A program made the position numbers and the translations under genes. A DNA stretch of 60,244 bases from an uncultured virus (IMG/VR IMGVR_UViG_3300026522_000958) (Duplodnaviria; Heunggongvirae; Uroviricota; Caudoviricetes). Positions 40,069 to 50,701 of this stretch are shown here, piece by piece. The stretch lies in the IMG/VR virus record IMGVR_UViG_3300026522_000958. One strand, written 5' to 3'. The notes below the pieces were generated by a model that saw only the letters and a program-made list of their open reading frames with translations, searched no databases and was not told where the DNA came from. Position 1 is the stretch's first letter. Every line of letters begins with the position of its first letter.

Positions 40069-40281
40069 TCAGTCGTTACCGAGGAAATTCTCTACTTCCT
40101 CGATAAAACATTCATATTTCATAGGGTATCTGCCCATCGATATGAAATGCCTTATTTCTTCTGTCGACCCCTTCTTGTAGCTCTCCGCCCAGTTCTTTGC
40201 TGTCGGTCCTGTGATGATGCCCAAATTTACAAGAGGGGTAAGCGCCTGCAATAATTGCAGGCTTTTTATATTTCTGCTCAT
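40069..40281 (-). CDS. small hypothetical protein
   Basis: AAGGAGG RBS, promoter box at 40322. Confidence 0.7.
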   Translation of the reverse strand: MSRNIKSLQLLQALTPLVNLGIITGPTAKNWAESYKKGSTEEIRHFISMGRYPMKYECFIEEVENFLGND

Positions 40282-40384
40282 ATATTATCCTCCTTTTTCT
40301 GTGATGATGATGTTCTTTTAAAGATATGGGAGAAAATCAGATGCTTTAGTATCTGTATAGCAGAAAATACAATAATACACGCGC

Positions 40385-40440
40385 GTGAACTACTCGGTTA
40401 CAAATGACTTGATGGAACATTCCGGGACAGCCCGCCCTGC
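40385..40440 (-). mobile_element. IS605 right-end / TnpB omega RNA remnant
   Basis: CAGGGCGGGCTGTCCCGG...CCGAGTAGTTCAC, same terminus as 52281 and 29789. Confidence 0.5.
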
Positions 40441-40632
40441 AGGTGTTTAAAAAGCCGGCATTTATGCCGGCCATGATGTTTGATTATTGAGTTGTTGTGT
40501 TTATGCAGAGATGTTCCTTCGTTATCAGATGAATATGCGATCTTCATGGTTTCTCCAAAACTTTTTGCTACATTTTTTGTTTTTGGAGTGCAGCCATTAT
40601 CCTCGCCTTCCGTTTGGTTCGCACTGTTGTGG

Positions 40633-41592
40633 TTACGACACATCAGTATCAGCGACAGGCTTCTTCTCATATGAACCTCTGTCAATATCGTCAGAGATCT
40701 CTCTCTCGTCTTCCTTCGTGATACTCTCAGAAAACAGCCCGTCATGGATCTGCTGTCTTAAGGTTTCGGCATCGGAGGACTCTTCTTTTGCTATATCAGC
40801 ATCTGATCTGAAAGTGCCTTCACCGTACTCTACCGCATACGGTACGATCTCCATTGAGTGGTCGTTCCATGTGTAGATCTTTCCGCAGTTTTTACATTTG
40901 GTACGTCTTACGACATTCCTTGCCTGGATGAAGCCGTCGATATATACAACAGTGCCAAGTTTTATCCTCAGCTTATCCTCTATGGCCTGTTCACCGTAGC
41001 TCTTTACCCACGGCCAGTCTGTACGCAGCGTAGGGTCGTCAGTTCTTATGTGGTATTTCCTGTTGATCGCGAGCTGGTACTGGCATACAGTCGTACCCTT
41101 CTTTGTCTTGTAGATCTTCGGTTCTCTTACGCAGGTGCCGATGAAAAGGGCCTGGTTTGAGATCTCGCGGCTTTCGAGGATATCATTTACCGCGTCCTTT
41201 TTCTCATCATAGTGTGCCACTTTGCGCACATAAATGGGGTTGACATAAAGGACGGTGCCTTTCTTGATGTTCTTTGTCGGTTCTCCGTCTTCTCCGATAC
41301 AGTTTGGGCAGTATGAAGGCTTGTCGATGTTCTTTGACACCAGTATGCCTTTGATGACCACGATGTCATTTGCTTCCCATTCACACATCCTGTCAAGGAT
41401 ATCCGCATCCTTTGAGAGAATCAGCGGATAGTCATGCTTAATATAGCGTATATTGTCGTGGGCATCCCTGACGCCCCTGACCACATGCACATATCCCATG
41501 CCGTAGAGATATTCCCCTGTCTCCCTGTTCCTTGCGATAAGCGGCTTCTTCGCTACGCGGGCCCACATATACACATTGTTCTGTTTTGACAT
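40633..41592 (-). CDS. tandem OB-fold single-stranded DNA-binding protein with CxxC inserts
   Basis: NQALFIGTCVREP..KTKKGTTVCQYQLAINR..TDW..VKSYGEQA..VYIDGFIQAR; CPNC and CKNC. Confidence 0.8.
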   Translation of the reverse strand: MSKQNNVYMWARVAKKPLIARNRETGEYLYGMGYVHVVRGVRDAHDNIRYIKHDYPLILSKDADILDRMCEWEANDIVVIKGILVSKNIDKPSYCPNCIGEDGEPTKNIKKGTVLYVNPIYVRKVAHYDEKKDAVNDILESREISNQALFIGTCVREPKIYKTKKGTTVCQYQLAINRKYHIRTDDPTLRTDWPWVKSYGEQAIEDKLRIKLGTVVYIDGFIQARNVVRRTKCKNCGKIYTWNDHSMEIVPYAVEYGEGTFRSDADIAKEESSDAETLRQQIHDGLFSESITKEDEREISDDIDRGSYEKKPVADTDVS

Positions 41593-41720
41593 AAACGTTC
41601 TCCTTCTGCATCTTTATGATGCTTTCAGCCCTCTTGAGGCTCCATGCTTTTTCATAACATAGATTTGGGAGCGTATTTTTTCAGAACACTTCTGTACATC
41701 TTTTATATATGAGCCGGCTG

Positions 41721-43340
41721 TCACTTGAGATCGTCTGAATCCCTGCATTCCTTCTTCGTGGCCTTTTTTCTGCCGTTCCTTTCGGGGACACTGTCTTTGC
41801 TTTCCTTGTCAGTTCCTTCAGCCTCTTTTATGATATCTTCAAATCTTTTTGCTCCGTTCTTTTCATGTTTATGCTCTTCAGATGTCTCCTGCTGTCTCAT
41901 CTCATCCGGCAGGTCTTTTTCGTCGGTTATCACGACAGGGCCTTTTCCTTTCACGATGACATATTCGCCTATCGTGGCTGTGAACCTTGTTGCATTTACA
42001 TGTTTTCTTTCTGTATCCTCGGATCCGTCAAACAACCTGTACGTATCCTTTGGCTTCGCGCCTGCCTTTTCGTTTACAGAGATGGTCACATGAGGAATGC
42101 CTGACGGGGTACTGTCGATAAGCTTCTGTACTTCAGGATCATCTGATGAAATATTCCCGACAAGGAAGCCTTCGTTCATCCCGTCATTGGCATATTCCAG
42201 GAGAGTCACTTTTACTTTCTGTCCGAGCAGGCGGTGGAACGCCGCTTCCTGTTTGGGAGTTGGCCTGTACTGAAGTGTTATATGCGGATTTTCTATGATC
42301 TTATCAAGGGGGCTGCCGTATGAACCCGCAAGCCTTCCTACCTGTACAGCATTCAGGAATATCCCGTTGTATTTGGCTGTAAGATCCTGCTTTCTGCTTT
42401 TGCTCATTTCTTTTTTACCTTCTTTACTTTCCTTTGCGATCATCGTCTTCACTTCATTTAAAGCTCTGTATTTTTCTGCCACATAGTCAGTCCTTACAAA
42501 GCCTATAGGCTGTCCGAGCACCCAGATCTCTTTCTGATCCCTTCCGGTCTTCGGATTCTTCCCGATGCGGAGATCGGCATATCCTTTCGGTATGTGGTTC
42601 TGATAAAGAAATTTTTCAACGAGTTTTGCCGAACGCATCTGCTTTTTCCGTTCCGTCTCCCTTAAGGATTCATCAGACTCTCGCGAGATCTGCGTTTTTG
42701 CCACTGCTTTTGATATCACTTCCACCCTGCATTGCTCGAGCTGCTCCGGCTCTACTGTAAGCTTCCCGTCCTTATACGGGTCGATTCCTGCTCTTGTGCA
42801 TTCGAACTGTCTTAGATATCTCGCTTCTTTTGCCTTTATCGAGGGGAATGCGGTCTGTATCTTGAAATGAAAGTACGGGTCGCTCTCATCACGCTTCAGC
42901 ACCATCTTCAGTACCGGGGTATCCATCTTTTCATTTGTCATGACCTGATAGCCGTATCCGATCACGTTGTTGAAAAGAGTGTCTAGTTCAAGGTATTCAT
43001 ACGGATCGTTCCTGCCTTCAGCAAGAGCTTTTTCCCTGTCAAAATCCATCTTTTCTGACGTTGCCCATACTGCAATATCCCTGCTGTTATAAAGAAGCGC
43101 ATTTTCTATGATATCGCTCAGGTCGTCAAACTCACCGTCTTCCGGCTGATATGATAAGAACTGGGATACGTCTTTATGATATTTCGACACATCAAGTATC
43201 ATTTCATCATCCGTAAGTCCTACATGGGAATCTTTCATATGTCCTGAAATGGAAAAATACTCCGTTACCTGTCCAGGATGGGTTATGATGAAATCGTCCA
43301 GGTTTTTTCCATATTCTTTATCTGTTCTGTTCTCGTACAT
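41721..43340 (-). CDS. putative RNase A-like (CdiA-CT type) domain fused to 2H phosphoesterase domain
   Basis: GHMKDSHVGLTDDEM...SQF...MVLKR...IQTAFP; C-terminal PHITL and PHVTISV..GAKPKDT; start MYENR. Confidence 0.6.
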   Translation of the reverse strand: MYENRTDKEYGKNLDDFIITHPGQVTEYFSISGHMKDSHVGLTDDEMILDVSKYHKDVSQFLSYQPEDGEFDDLSDIIENALLYNSRDIAVWATSEKMDFDREKALAEGRNDPYEYLELDTLFNNVIGYGYQVMTNEKMDTPVLKMVLKRDESDPYFHFKIQTAFPSIKAKEARYLRQFECTRAGIDPYKDGKLTVEPEQLEQCRVEVISKAVAKTQISRESDESLRETERKKQMRSAKLVEKFLYQNHIPKGYADLRIGKNPKTGRDQKEIWVLGQPIGFVRTDYVAEKYRALNEVKTMIAKESKEGKKEMSKSRKQDLTAKYNGIFLNAVQVGRLAGSYGSPLDKIIENPHITLQYRPTPKQEAAFHRLLGQKVKVTLLEYANDGMNEGFLVGNISSDDPEVQKLIDSTPSGIPHVTISVNEKAGAKPKDTYRLFDGSEDTERKHVNATRFTATIGEYVIVKGKGPVVITDEKDLPDEMRQQETSEEHKHEKNGAKRFEDIIKEAEGTDKESKDSVPERNGRKKATKKECRDSDDLK

Positions 43341-43425
43341 TTTCCTGCCTTTCTGAACATAAAAAAGGCCGTCCGCATAAGCGGATGGCCTCATGTTCTA
43401 TTATTCAGATTTGGGAGATGCTGTA

Positions 43426-43704
43426 TCAGTCGGAAATCTCCAGAAACACGCGAGAACAGCGCCCTCTGAGCTTTTTTTTGAACAGTTCTTTTGCTGCTCT
43501 GCCTGTCGCCACATCCTCTGGGTGTACCCTGGTGATATTTCCATTCTCGTCGGTTATATCCGATGAAATGGTTTCTATGAACATTTCCGGCGGGCAGTCA
43601 GTGCGGATCTTATATGAGCGGATCTTCTCTGCCGTGTATCCGGCTTCCCTCAGATCCTCTTCTGCCTGTGGCGCTCCTGCGAGTGGGAATACATATGTGT
43701 ACAT
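43426..43704 (-). CDS. small hypothetical protein
   Basis: GAAAGGAG RBS. Confidence 0.7.
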   Translation of the reverse strand: MYTYVFPLAGAPQAEEDLREAGYTAEKIRSYKIRTDCPPEMFIETISSDITDENGNITRVHPEDVATGRAAKELFKKKLRGRCSRVFLEISD

Positions 43705-43991
43705 ATACTGGCTCCTTTCCGTACTTCTGTATGACTCCTTAAGTCGTTATAGATATGGATGTTTATGTTATTTCATTTTTTCATATATGGAGAACCAGAG
43801 ATCATCTATAAGTGTATTTACTGCATTACTCAGTTCTTCTTCTGTATGCTCATATCCGTTTCCTTTCTACACGTTGACTTCTATATCATCGATCATTATA
43901 CACTTTCCTCTTCGTTATAGATAGGGCAGATGGGCACATTCCGGTTTTCATATATAGAAAACCATAAGTGCGTATTCTCATCTGTCTGTGC

Positions 43992-46900
43992 TCATCGCAG
44001 TTCTTTTATCCTGTAGTTTCTATCCTGAAGGACATCTGCTGATATCCTGTACTTCGGTTCCCTGAACTCATTCATGTCCTCATCATATATCAGGAATTTT
44101 CTTCCGTTCTCATCCTCATATTTTTCCCTGAACGCATTTTCCTTTTCGATATGGAACAGAGCGTAGCTGTTTACACCGAGGATAAGAATATTCTTCTTCG
44201 AAGATACGGCTGAAGCGGATGATACGGAAAATTGCATGGAGGACCCTTCTTCATCCCGTCCTCTGTTTTTCATCATATTGCCTTCTGCCACAATGACGTT
44301 TCCATCCGTTATGAGATCTTTTATATACGGATAGGTTCTTGCAAAGCAGGCACACGGGATCTCTCCGGTCCTGTCAGACAAAGTAAAGAAAGTCATTTCA
44401 GCCCCGTCACGTTTTCTCTTTGTTATCCTTATGTTTCCGCATATTCCGTACAGTCTGGCAGTATCCATATCAGCCTCGTCTATATGTCTGCACGGGGTAT
44501 CAAGATCTTCTGCTTCAGGGCAGTAGTCAAGAGGCGATGCGGACACATAAAGCCCCAGCATTTCCTTTTCCCTCTGAAGTCTTGCCTTCTTATCCTCATA
44601 TATGCTCTCGTCTGCAGTTCTCAGCGTCAGCTCTCTTTTAATACTGCCGATATCTTTATCAAGTGTTTCAGCTTTGTTTTCAAGCTTATAAGCTTCATAC
44701 GCTTTCTTTAGGCATACCTTTATGCCTGCATCTTCCTGCACTCTGATGACGGCTTCGTCTGTTTCAGGCACTCCTGCTCCAAGGACAGCTTCACATGCGG
44801 CCTTTTGTGTTTTTCTGTCGCGCAGTTCCTTTGTGAGTGTCATGATATCAGGAAGGACATTTACAAGAGCTTCCCTGTTGTCCGTAAAACTGTCAGACGC
44901 TCCGGCGTATATAAGGTTTTCGGCAGCGGACTTCCCGATGCCCGTTCTCAAGCACAGGTCTGCTTCTGACGAAAACGGTCCGTTGAGACTTCTTTCCTTT
45001 ACTATCTCCTGTGCTCCTGTCTTTATTCCCTTTACAGCCGAAAGAGCAAAGCGTATCTCTCCATCGTCAGCCGTAAAATCTTCGACCGACCTGTTGATAT
45101 CCGGCGGGAGGATCTTTATCCCTGATGAGCGTGCGCCGTAAATGAGCTCTGACACCTCTTCCTGATCCGCCGCCCAGTTCAGCGCTGCCGCAAAGAATTC
45201 CGCGGGATAGTATTCCTTCAGCCATGCCGTGATATACGCATTATAGGCGTAGGCAGCCGCATGGGATTTGTTGAACGCATACGAGGCAAAGTGCATCATC
45301 TGGTCAAATATCTTATTTGCTGCTGATTCAGATATGCCGTTATTCACGCATCCTTTTATATTCCTGTCTGGGTCACCGTATATGAATGCCTTTCTCTCAT
45401 GCTCGAGCTTTTCCTTCTTTTTCTTTGACATGGCACGCCTTACGAGGTCAGCCCCGCCGAACGAATATCCGGCGAGAGACTGGCATACCTGCATGACCTG
45501 TTCCTGATAGATCATGGCTCCATAGGTGTCCTTTAAGATCGGCTCAAGCTCTGGTGTGAGATAGGTTATCTCTTTCCTTCCGTTCTTTACCTCGATTATA
45601 TCGTCCAGGTACTGGATAGGCCCCGGACGGTATGCTGCGTTTAAAAGCACAAGATCCGAGAACTCAGTAGGCCTGAATCTCTTCAGCATGCTCCTCATGC
45701 CGTCTGATTCAAACTGGAACACGGCCTTAGTATTGCCTGACTGGAAAATGTCCTTATATATCTTCTGGTCTGCCGTATCAAGCTTCAGCACGTCTATGGC
45801 CTTCCCAGTCCTTTTCTGGATCATCTGAAGTGCCTCTGTGATGATGTCAAGGGTCTTGAGTCCCAGGAAATCAAATTTCAGCAGGCCGTTGGCTTCCACG
45901 TCATCCTTTGAGCACTGCGTCGTCATCATGCCGAACTGTTTGTTATACATGAGCGCGAGCACGTCAGAGACATCAGCACCCTTTTTCATTATGACTATGC
46001 CTGCAGCATGTGCACCATAAGAAGTGAATACCCCTTCCATCACCGATGCATAGTGCAGTATCTCCCTGCAGTCATCTGCCTTCCCAAGGGAATCCGCATC
46101 CACATATTTATCTTTCAGGTACTCCATGACGGATATGGTGTCATCGCTGCATTCGTCTATCTTTCCTGTATTCCTGTCGATCTGTGTGGCAAACGATGTC
46201 CCGGGAGCAGACGGTACGTCCTTTGACATGGTATCTCCTATAGTTCTGAGCGAAGTCCCGTATGTGCGCAGGCCGTAGAATTTGGAGCCTATCGCAAGGC
46301 AGCCTTTTGGCCCCTGCGCATTGGTCGTCATGATGCCGCAGACAGCCTTATCCCCGTAGACATATTTTACATGGTCGATCACCTTCTGCCTGGTGTCGGC
46401 TGATATATCTGAATCTATATCAGGCATTGACACACGCTCAGGGTTTAAGAAACGCTCAAATATAAGACCGTACTTTATAGGGTCAAGGTTCGTGATCCCC
46501 AACAGATAGCAGACGAGCGAGCCGCCGTCAGAGCCTCTTCCTGTTCCGATACGATATCCTGCATTGTCTTCCCATCCGTTTTCTTTTATCCATTCAATGA
46601 GCTTATCTGTATCGAGAGGCGCATCAGAGATCATCTTCTTCGGTACTTTTCCGAGGAGTGTTCCGTATGTAAGGAACTCGCGCACTACAAGGTGATAATT
46701 GTCATATCCCATGCCCTCGATGATACCGAGCTCATACTTTATCCTGTCGTTATATATCTTCTCGTCAGGGAATCCGTCCGGGAACCTCCACGTTATACCT
46801 TTCCTTACGAGTTTTTCTATATCTTCCCTCGGATGGCTGCTTGCCTCCGGATAATGTTTTTCTGTTTTAAACTCAACATTACATTTTTCGAATATCTTTA

Positions 46901-48152
46901 CGGCATTTATGAGTGCCTCGAACACTATATCCTCAGGCAGGATTTCAGACAGGGCCTTTATCCTCTCATCTGTCGTTTTCAGGTAAAGCTCTCTGTCCGA
47001 AGGGGATGGTTCCTCAAAATTTTTCCCGAACCGGAGAGATCTTATGAGGCATCTCCTTAAGATATCATCCTCTGAATTTGTCAGCATATGTACATCGTTC
47101 GTGGCAACGAGGGGGATCCTTAATTTCCTTGCTGCTTCTGCTACAACAGGGAAACAGATCTTTTCATCCGGGATGCCGTGGTATTGTACCTCCGCGTAGA
47201 CATTTCTTCTGCCGAATGCCTCAGCATAGCTTAAAAGTTCATTCTCAGCCCTTTCTTGCATTTGCTCTCTGGATAGGGAGGATGCTCTGTATCCTTCTAT
47301 CTCCTGCCTGTATTCTTCATATTTCTTTACGCTGTCTGCAAGTGAGATGAGCTCGCGGTTTGCCGCGGTACGCTTTCTCTGCATCTTTTTAAGATCGTCT
47401 TTTACTCGTGCAAGCTCAGTCTTTGCTTTTTCTGATGCTTCTTTGTCTTCTTCAAGTTCTTTTAATGCAGCGTCTTTTTCAGGCCCTTCTTCGAGCTTTC
47501 CGATCTTCTTCTCACGGGAGCCGAACCTCATCTCTGCAAGCCTTTTGTCATCATCCCGGAGCATCTTCAGCTCTTCAATCTCACTGTCAATATGGGCAAG
47601 CTTTGCCTCTGCACCCTTATATGCTGCTGAGTCGGGAGACAGATATTTCTTCTGTTTCTTTTCTGCTTTTGCTATGAGCCTGTCTATTTTTGAATTTGAT
47701 AAGAATATCGTTGAGATGACTCCCTGCATACAGGCTGTCATGAAGATGATATGCCCCTGATATTTCCTTCCGAATGACTTGAGCTCGTCAGATGAGATGA
47801 CAGGAAATGATCCCTGCATGGTCTCATTTGCCCTTGTCACGATCTTTTCGATTCCGTGCCAGCCTTCATCATCAACAGCAAGGACTATCCCGTGCTGCCT
47901 GCCGAGGATCCTGCCACCGTCGATATACAGTTCACATCCCGGAATGACTTTAAGTCCTTCAGCCTGGAGAACATGGCGGTAGTCCTCTATAGATGATACC
48001 ACGCCGTGGTCTGTTATGGCTATGCCCGGCATACCGAGCTCTTTTAGTCTTTCTGCAAGTTTCCCCGGGAATATGAATGCATCCTTGTCACTCCTTACAT
48101 GGCAATGAAGCTCTGGCACTTCGTATGGAAAATCTGCAACTGTTAATGCCAT
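43992..48152 (-). CDS. dnaE: DNA polymerase III alpha subunit
   Basis: PHP domain (LHCH, AITDHG, ATNDVH), GTGRGS, FERFLNPERVSMPDIDSD, KFDFLGL, YAFNKSHA, C-terminal OB fold. Confidence 0.97.
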   Translation of the reverse strand: MALTVADFPYEVPELHCHVRSDKDAFIFPGKLAERLKELGMPGIAITDHGVVSSIEDYRHVLQAEGLKVIPGCELYIDGGRILGRQHGIVLAVDDEGWHGIEKIVTRANETMQGSFPVISSDELKSFGRKYQGHIIFMTACMQGVISTIFLSNSKIDRLIAKAEKKQKKYLSPDSAAYKGAEAKLAHIDSEIEELKMLRDDDKRLAEMRFGSREKKIGKLEEGPEKDAALKELEEDKEASEKAKTELARVKDDLKKMQRKRTAANRELISLADSVKKYEEYRQEIEGYRASSLSREQMQERAENELLSYAEAFGRRNVYAEVQYHGIPDEKICFPVVAEAARKLRIPLVATNDVHMLTNSEDDILRRCLIRSLRFGKNFEEPSPSDRELYLKTTDERIKALSEILPEDIVFEALINAVKIFEKCNVEFKTEKHYPEASSHPREDIEKLVRKGITWRFPDGFPDEKIYNDRIKYELGIIEGMGYDNYHLVVREFLTYGTLLGKVPKKMISDAPLDTDKLIEWIKENGWEDNAGYRIGTGRGSDGGSLVCYLLGITNLDPIKYGLIFERFLNPERVSMPDIDSDISADTRQKVIDHVKYVYGDKAVCGIMTTNAQGPKGCLAIGSKFYGLRTYGTSLRTIGDTMSKDVPSAPGTSFATQIDRNTGKIDECSDDTISVMEYLKDKYVDADSLGKADDCREILHYASVMEGVFTSYGAHAAGIVIMKKGADVSDVLALMYNKQFGMMTTQCSKDDVEANGLLKFDFLGLKTLDIITEALQMIQKRTGKAIDVLKLDTADQKIYKDIFQSGNTKAVFQFESDGMRSMLKRFRPTEFSDLVLLNAAYRPGPIQYLDDIIEVKNGRKEITYLTPELEPILKDTYGAMIYQEQVMQVCQSLAGYSFGGADLVRRAMSKKKKEKLEHERKAFIYGDPDRNIKGCVNNGISESAANKIFDQMMHFASYAFNKSHAAAYAYNAYITAWLKEYYPAEFFAAALNWAADQEEVSELIYGARSSGIKILPPDINRSVEDFTADDGEIRFALSAVKGIKTGAQEIVKERSLNGPFSSEADLCLRTGIGKSAAENLIYAGASDSFTDNREALVNVLPDIMTLTKELRDRKTQKAACEAVLGAGVPETDEAVIRVQEDAGIKVCLKKAYEAYKLENKAETLDKDIGSIKRELTLRTADESIYEDKKARLQREKEMLGLYVSASPLDYCPEAEDLDTPCRHIDEADMDTARLYGICGNIRITKRKRDGAEMTFFTLSDRTGEIPCACFARTYPYIKDLITDGNVIVAEGNMMKNRGRDEEGSSMQFSVSSASAVSSKKNILILGVNSYALFHIEKENAFREKYEDENGRKFLIYDEDMNEFREPKYRISADVLQDRNYRIKELR

Positions 48153-48284
48153 TATATCTTCTCCTGTCCGGATGGCATAACGCCGCCCTTTTTATATGTT
48201 AGACTTGGAAGACTGCCCGACCATATTTTTTCATATATGAAAAAGAGCCCTTTGCCAGAGCTCTTTCCTTATCCCATGATAGTG

Positions 48285-49634
48285 CTATTCTTCCGCTTTT
48301 ACCTGCATCCACTTTATGAAAACATCAGGCATTCCTTTTACAAGGAGCATGTCGTCGATCCCCTTGTATCTGCCGTTCCAGATATAAGGTTTTCCGTTGA
48401 CACCGGAGCCTTTTACGGTATCCCAGTGTGCAGAAATGACCTTCCTGCAGTTCCCGTCAAGGACTGACAGGATCTTCTTCTGGTCTTTTTTGATGCCTTC
48501 CTGCTTCTTTTTAAGATGTACAGTAAAAGCATCGATACTCATGTCCGCATCCTCTGCATCACGGCTGTCGTATGCTTCTCTTACGGCTTCAGGGCACATC
48601 TGCTCCTTGTCCATATCAAAGCACTCAAACACGACATCACCTTTGCGGATGATGCCGCCGTTTTTTAATACTTTTGTCATTCCCTTGATGGATTTTACTC
48701 CGGGAACACCTACAACCGTTATCCTTCTACCTAAAAGGCAATAGGTAACTGTCGCTTTGAGTATGCCTTCGGTAACGACCACGATGCCTTTGGTGCTGCC
48801 TTTTAAGACTGTGCACTGGGCACCTGATCCGCAGCCGCCTTTACGGCCAGCCGATGAAAACCAGATGTATTTGCTGCCTGAACCGGGGTCATCAACTCTC
48901 TTCTGGAAACCTGTGACAGCACAGAGGTATATGGACTTCCCTGTGTTCACGGCCCTTACACCTTCAGGAAGATTTTTCAGGATCTCAGCAGACGGCCTGT
49001 CAGATGCTATCTTTACCGGGTAATATACCGGGCAGAGATAGCCCGATCTCTGGACTCCTGCACAGGTATTTCTGTCATAGGCTCCCTTACAGAAACCCGG
49101 AACTCCTGTCGTTTTGACAGGGCCTTTTTCAGCCATCTTACGGCAGAGCTCATACCCGTTTTCAGGAGCGGATCTGAATCCGAAGTCACTGATATCCTGC
49201 TCGGTAAGGCCTCTTCTCAGAAGATCTGCTTTGTGTTCTTCCTTGAGAGGGAGACATGAGAGCATTCTTCCGTAGCTCTTTGCAGTTTCTCTGCTGTCTA
49301 CCTTCTGGACTTCAACGACAGGTTCGGGCTTGTATTCCTTTGGCACATAGTCCGATGCACCTGTACCGTCAAGGATCTCGTGTACTGCCTGACGATAATT
49401 GCCTTCTGAATCATCCATGCCTTTTGCAGCCATGTAAAGATCTACTGCGCCGCCGTGAGCGCCGCAGGATGCACAGAAACACTGCCAGTAGCCTGATCCT
49501 TTCGTAGGGTTGTACGAACATTTTCTGTCTCTCCTGCCGCATACCGGGCACGGGATATAGTGCTCGTTGCCTGATACAGCATATACTTTTATCCCAAGTA
49601 ACTGTACTACCATGTCTGTAGTTATTGTATTCAT
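48285..49634 (-). CDS. primase-like protein (Zn finger plus TOPRIM, DUF3854-type)
   Basis: CPVC...CFCASC, KYIWFSS, VVVTEGILKA, CFDMD, KGIDD. Confidence 0.82.
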   Translation of the reverse strand: MNTITTDMVVQLLGIKVYAVSGNEHYIPCPVCGRRDRKCSYNPTKGSGYWQCFCASCGAHGGAVDLYMAAKGMDDSEGNYRQAVHEILDGTGASDYVPKEYKPEPVVEVQKVDSRETAKSYGRMLSCLPLKEEHKADLLRRGLTEQDISDFGFRSAPENGYELCRKMAEKGPVKTTGVPGFCKGAYDRNTCAGVQRSGYLCPVYYPVKIASDRPSAEILKNLPEGVRAVNTGKSIYLCAVTGFQKRVDDPGSGSKYIWFSSAGRKGGCGSGAQCTVLKGSTKGIVVVTEGILKATVTYCLLGRRITVVGVPGVKSIKGMTKVLKNGGIIRKGDVVFECFDMDKEQMCPEAVREAYDSRDAEDADMSIDAFTVHLKKKQEGIKKDQKKILSVLDGNCRKVISAHWDTVKGSGVNGKPYIWNGRYKGIDDMLLVKGMPDVFIKWMQVKAEE

Positions 49635-49792
49635 AACTTTTCTCCTTTCATATCATATATGTATTGTGATGAATCGTTTTCATATATGAGATTTGGGAGA
49701 TTTGCAGGCCGGCTTGTCAGAACGGGATGATCCCGCAAAAAAGCACCCCGGTCTCCCGGAGTGCCATACGGTCTTTATGCTGTTTTTCGTGT

Positions 49793-50701
49793 TTACCAGA
49801 CGGCATGCTGCTTTTGATATTCCTTCAGCCTTTCCTGATATACTCTTTCCTCTTCTTCCTTTCTTCTGCGCTCAGCCGTCGCAACTCTTGCCCTGTGTGC
49901 CTGAAGAGCTGTTTCATCGGCTTCCCTGTTCTTGAACACAGTTCTTATCGTTACCATCTGTGCGTATGAATATACATCCGGCAGGGATTCATACCATTCC
50001 TTTACTTTCTTTCTGGCTTTTTTCTGGTCATCCGTTATGCGGACTACAGCAGCGTTTCCGTCCGGAACGGTCATGAACCCGTCATATCTTTCGCTCGTGA
50101 TATCGCCCTGGATCCTCGGATAGTAGAACCTGCCGTTTACTGCTACAAGGTTTGTCCCCGAGTATGCCATGCCGCACATCTCACAGAGCTCCTTCATCGC
50201 ATTGAGATGATATGCGTTCTGGTCTATCGGGTTTTCCATCCATTTTTCGTTTACAATGTCATTCGGCATCGAGAATGCCCAGTCCTCTCCTGCCCCTCTT
50301 ATACGGAACACCGTATCATCTGTCGGCTTTAAGCACCCGCGGCCTTTTTCCTTACACTCGACAGCGATGATGCCTTTTTCTGTTACAAATGCCATATCGA
50401 CCTCGGTATTTTCTCCATCCTTCGTCGGGATAAGGAGATTCCTTAAAGGTTCTGCGTTGAAGGCCTTCCCGAGTACGGAAGCCGTTTCATTTTCAAAATC
50501 GCTTCCCGCTTTTATCCTTTTCTTTTCAAGCTTCTCCATCTCTTTTTCTGTAAGCTTTTTAGGAGGCCTGTGTCTGCGTTCTGAAGCTGTAGCTCTTACA
50601 GTATCGATCAGTGCGTACACGAAACCGATGATCATCGATATAACAAATAGTCCGACGATGAAATTCCAGAGATTGTTTACGATAAATTCTATAGCATCCA
50701 T
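49793..50701 (-). CDS. membrane-anchored NERD-domain nuclease
   Basis: N-terminal TM; GSDFE, TEVDMAFVTEKGIIAVECK, NPIDQNAYH. Confidence 0.82.
   Translation of the reverse strand: MDAIEFIVNNLWNFIVGLFVISMIIGFVYALIDTVRATASERRHRPPKKLTEKEMEKLEKKRIKAGSDFENETASVLGKAFNAEPLRNLLIPTKDGENTEVDMAFVTEKGIIAVECKEKGRGCLKPTDDTVFRIRGAGEDWAFSMPNDIVNEKWMENPIDQNAYHLNAMKELCEMCGMAYSGTNLVAVNGRFYYPRIQGDITSERYDGFMTVPDGNAAVVRITDDQKKARKKVKEWYESLPDVYSYAQMVTIRTVFKNREADETALQAHRARVATAERRRKEEEERVYQERLKEYQKQHAVW

Noticed and set aside
40398..40745. Small ORFs between ssb and the 70-aa gene
   Set aside because: Run through a terminator-like hairpin and IS relic; no convincing coding signal
43992..48152. Inteins in DnaE (also checked VirD4, NrdD)
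   Set aside because: Insertions lack Cys/Ser start, His-Asn end and homing endonuclease motifs
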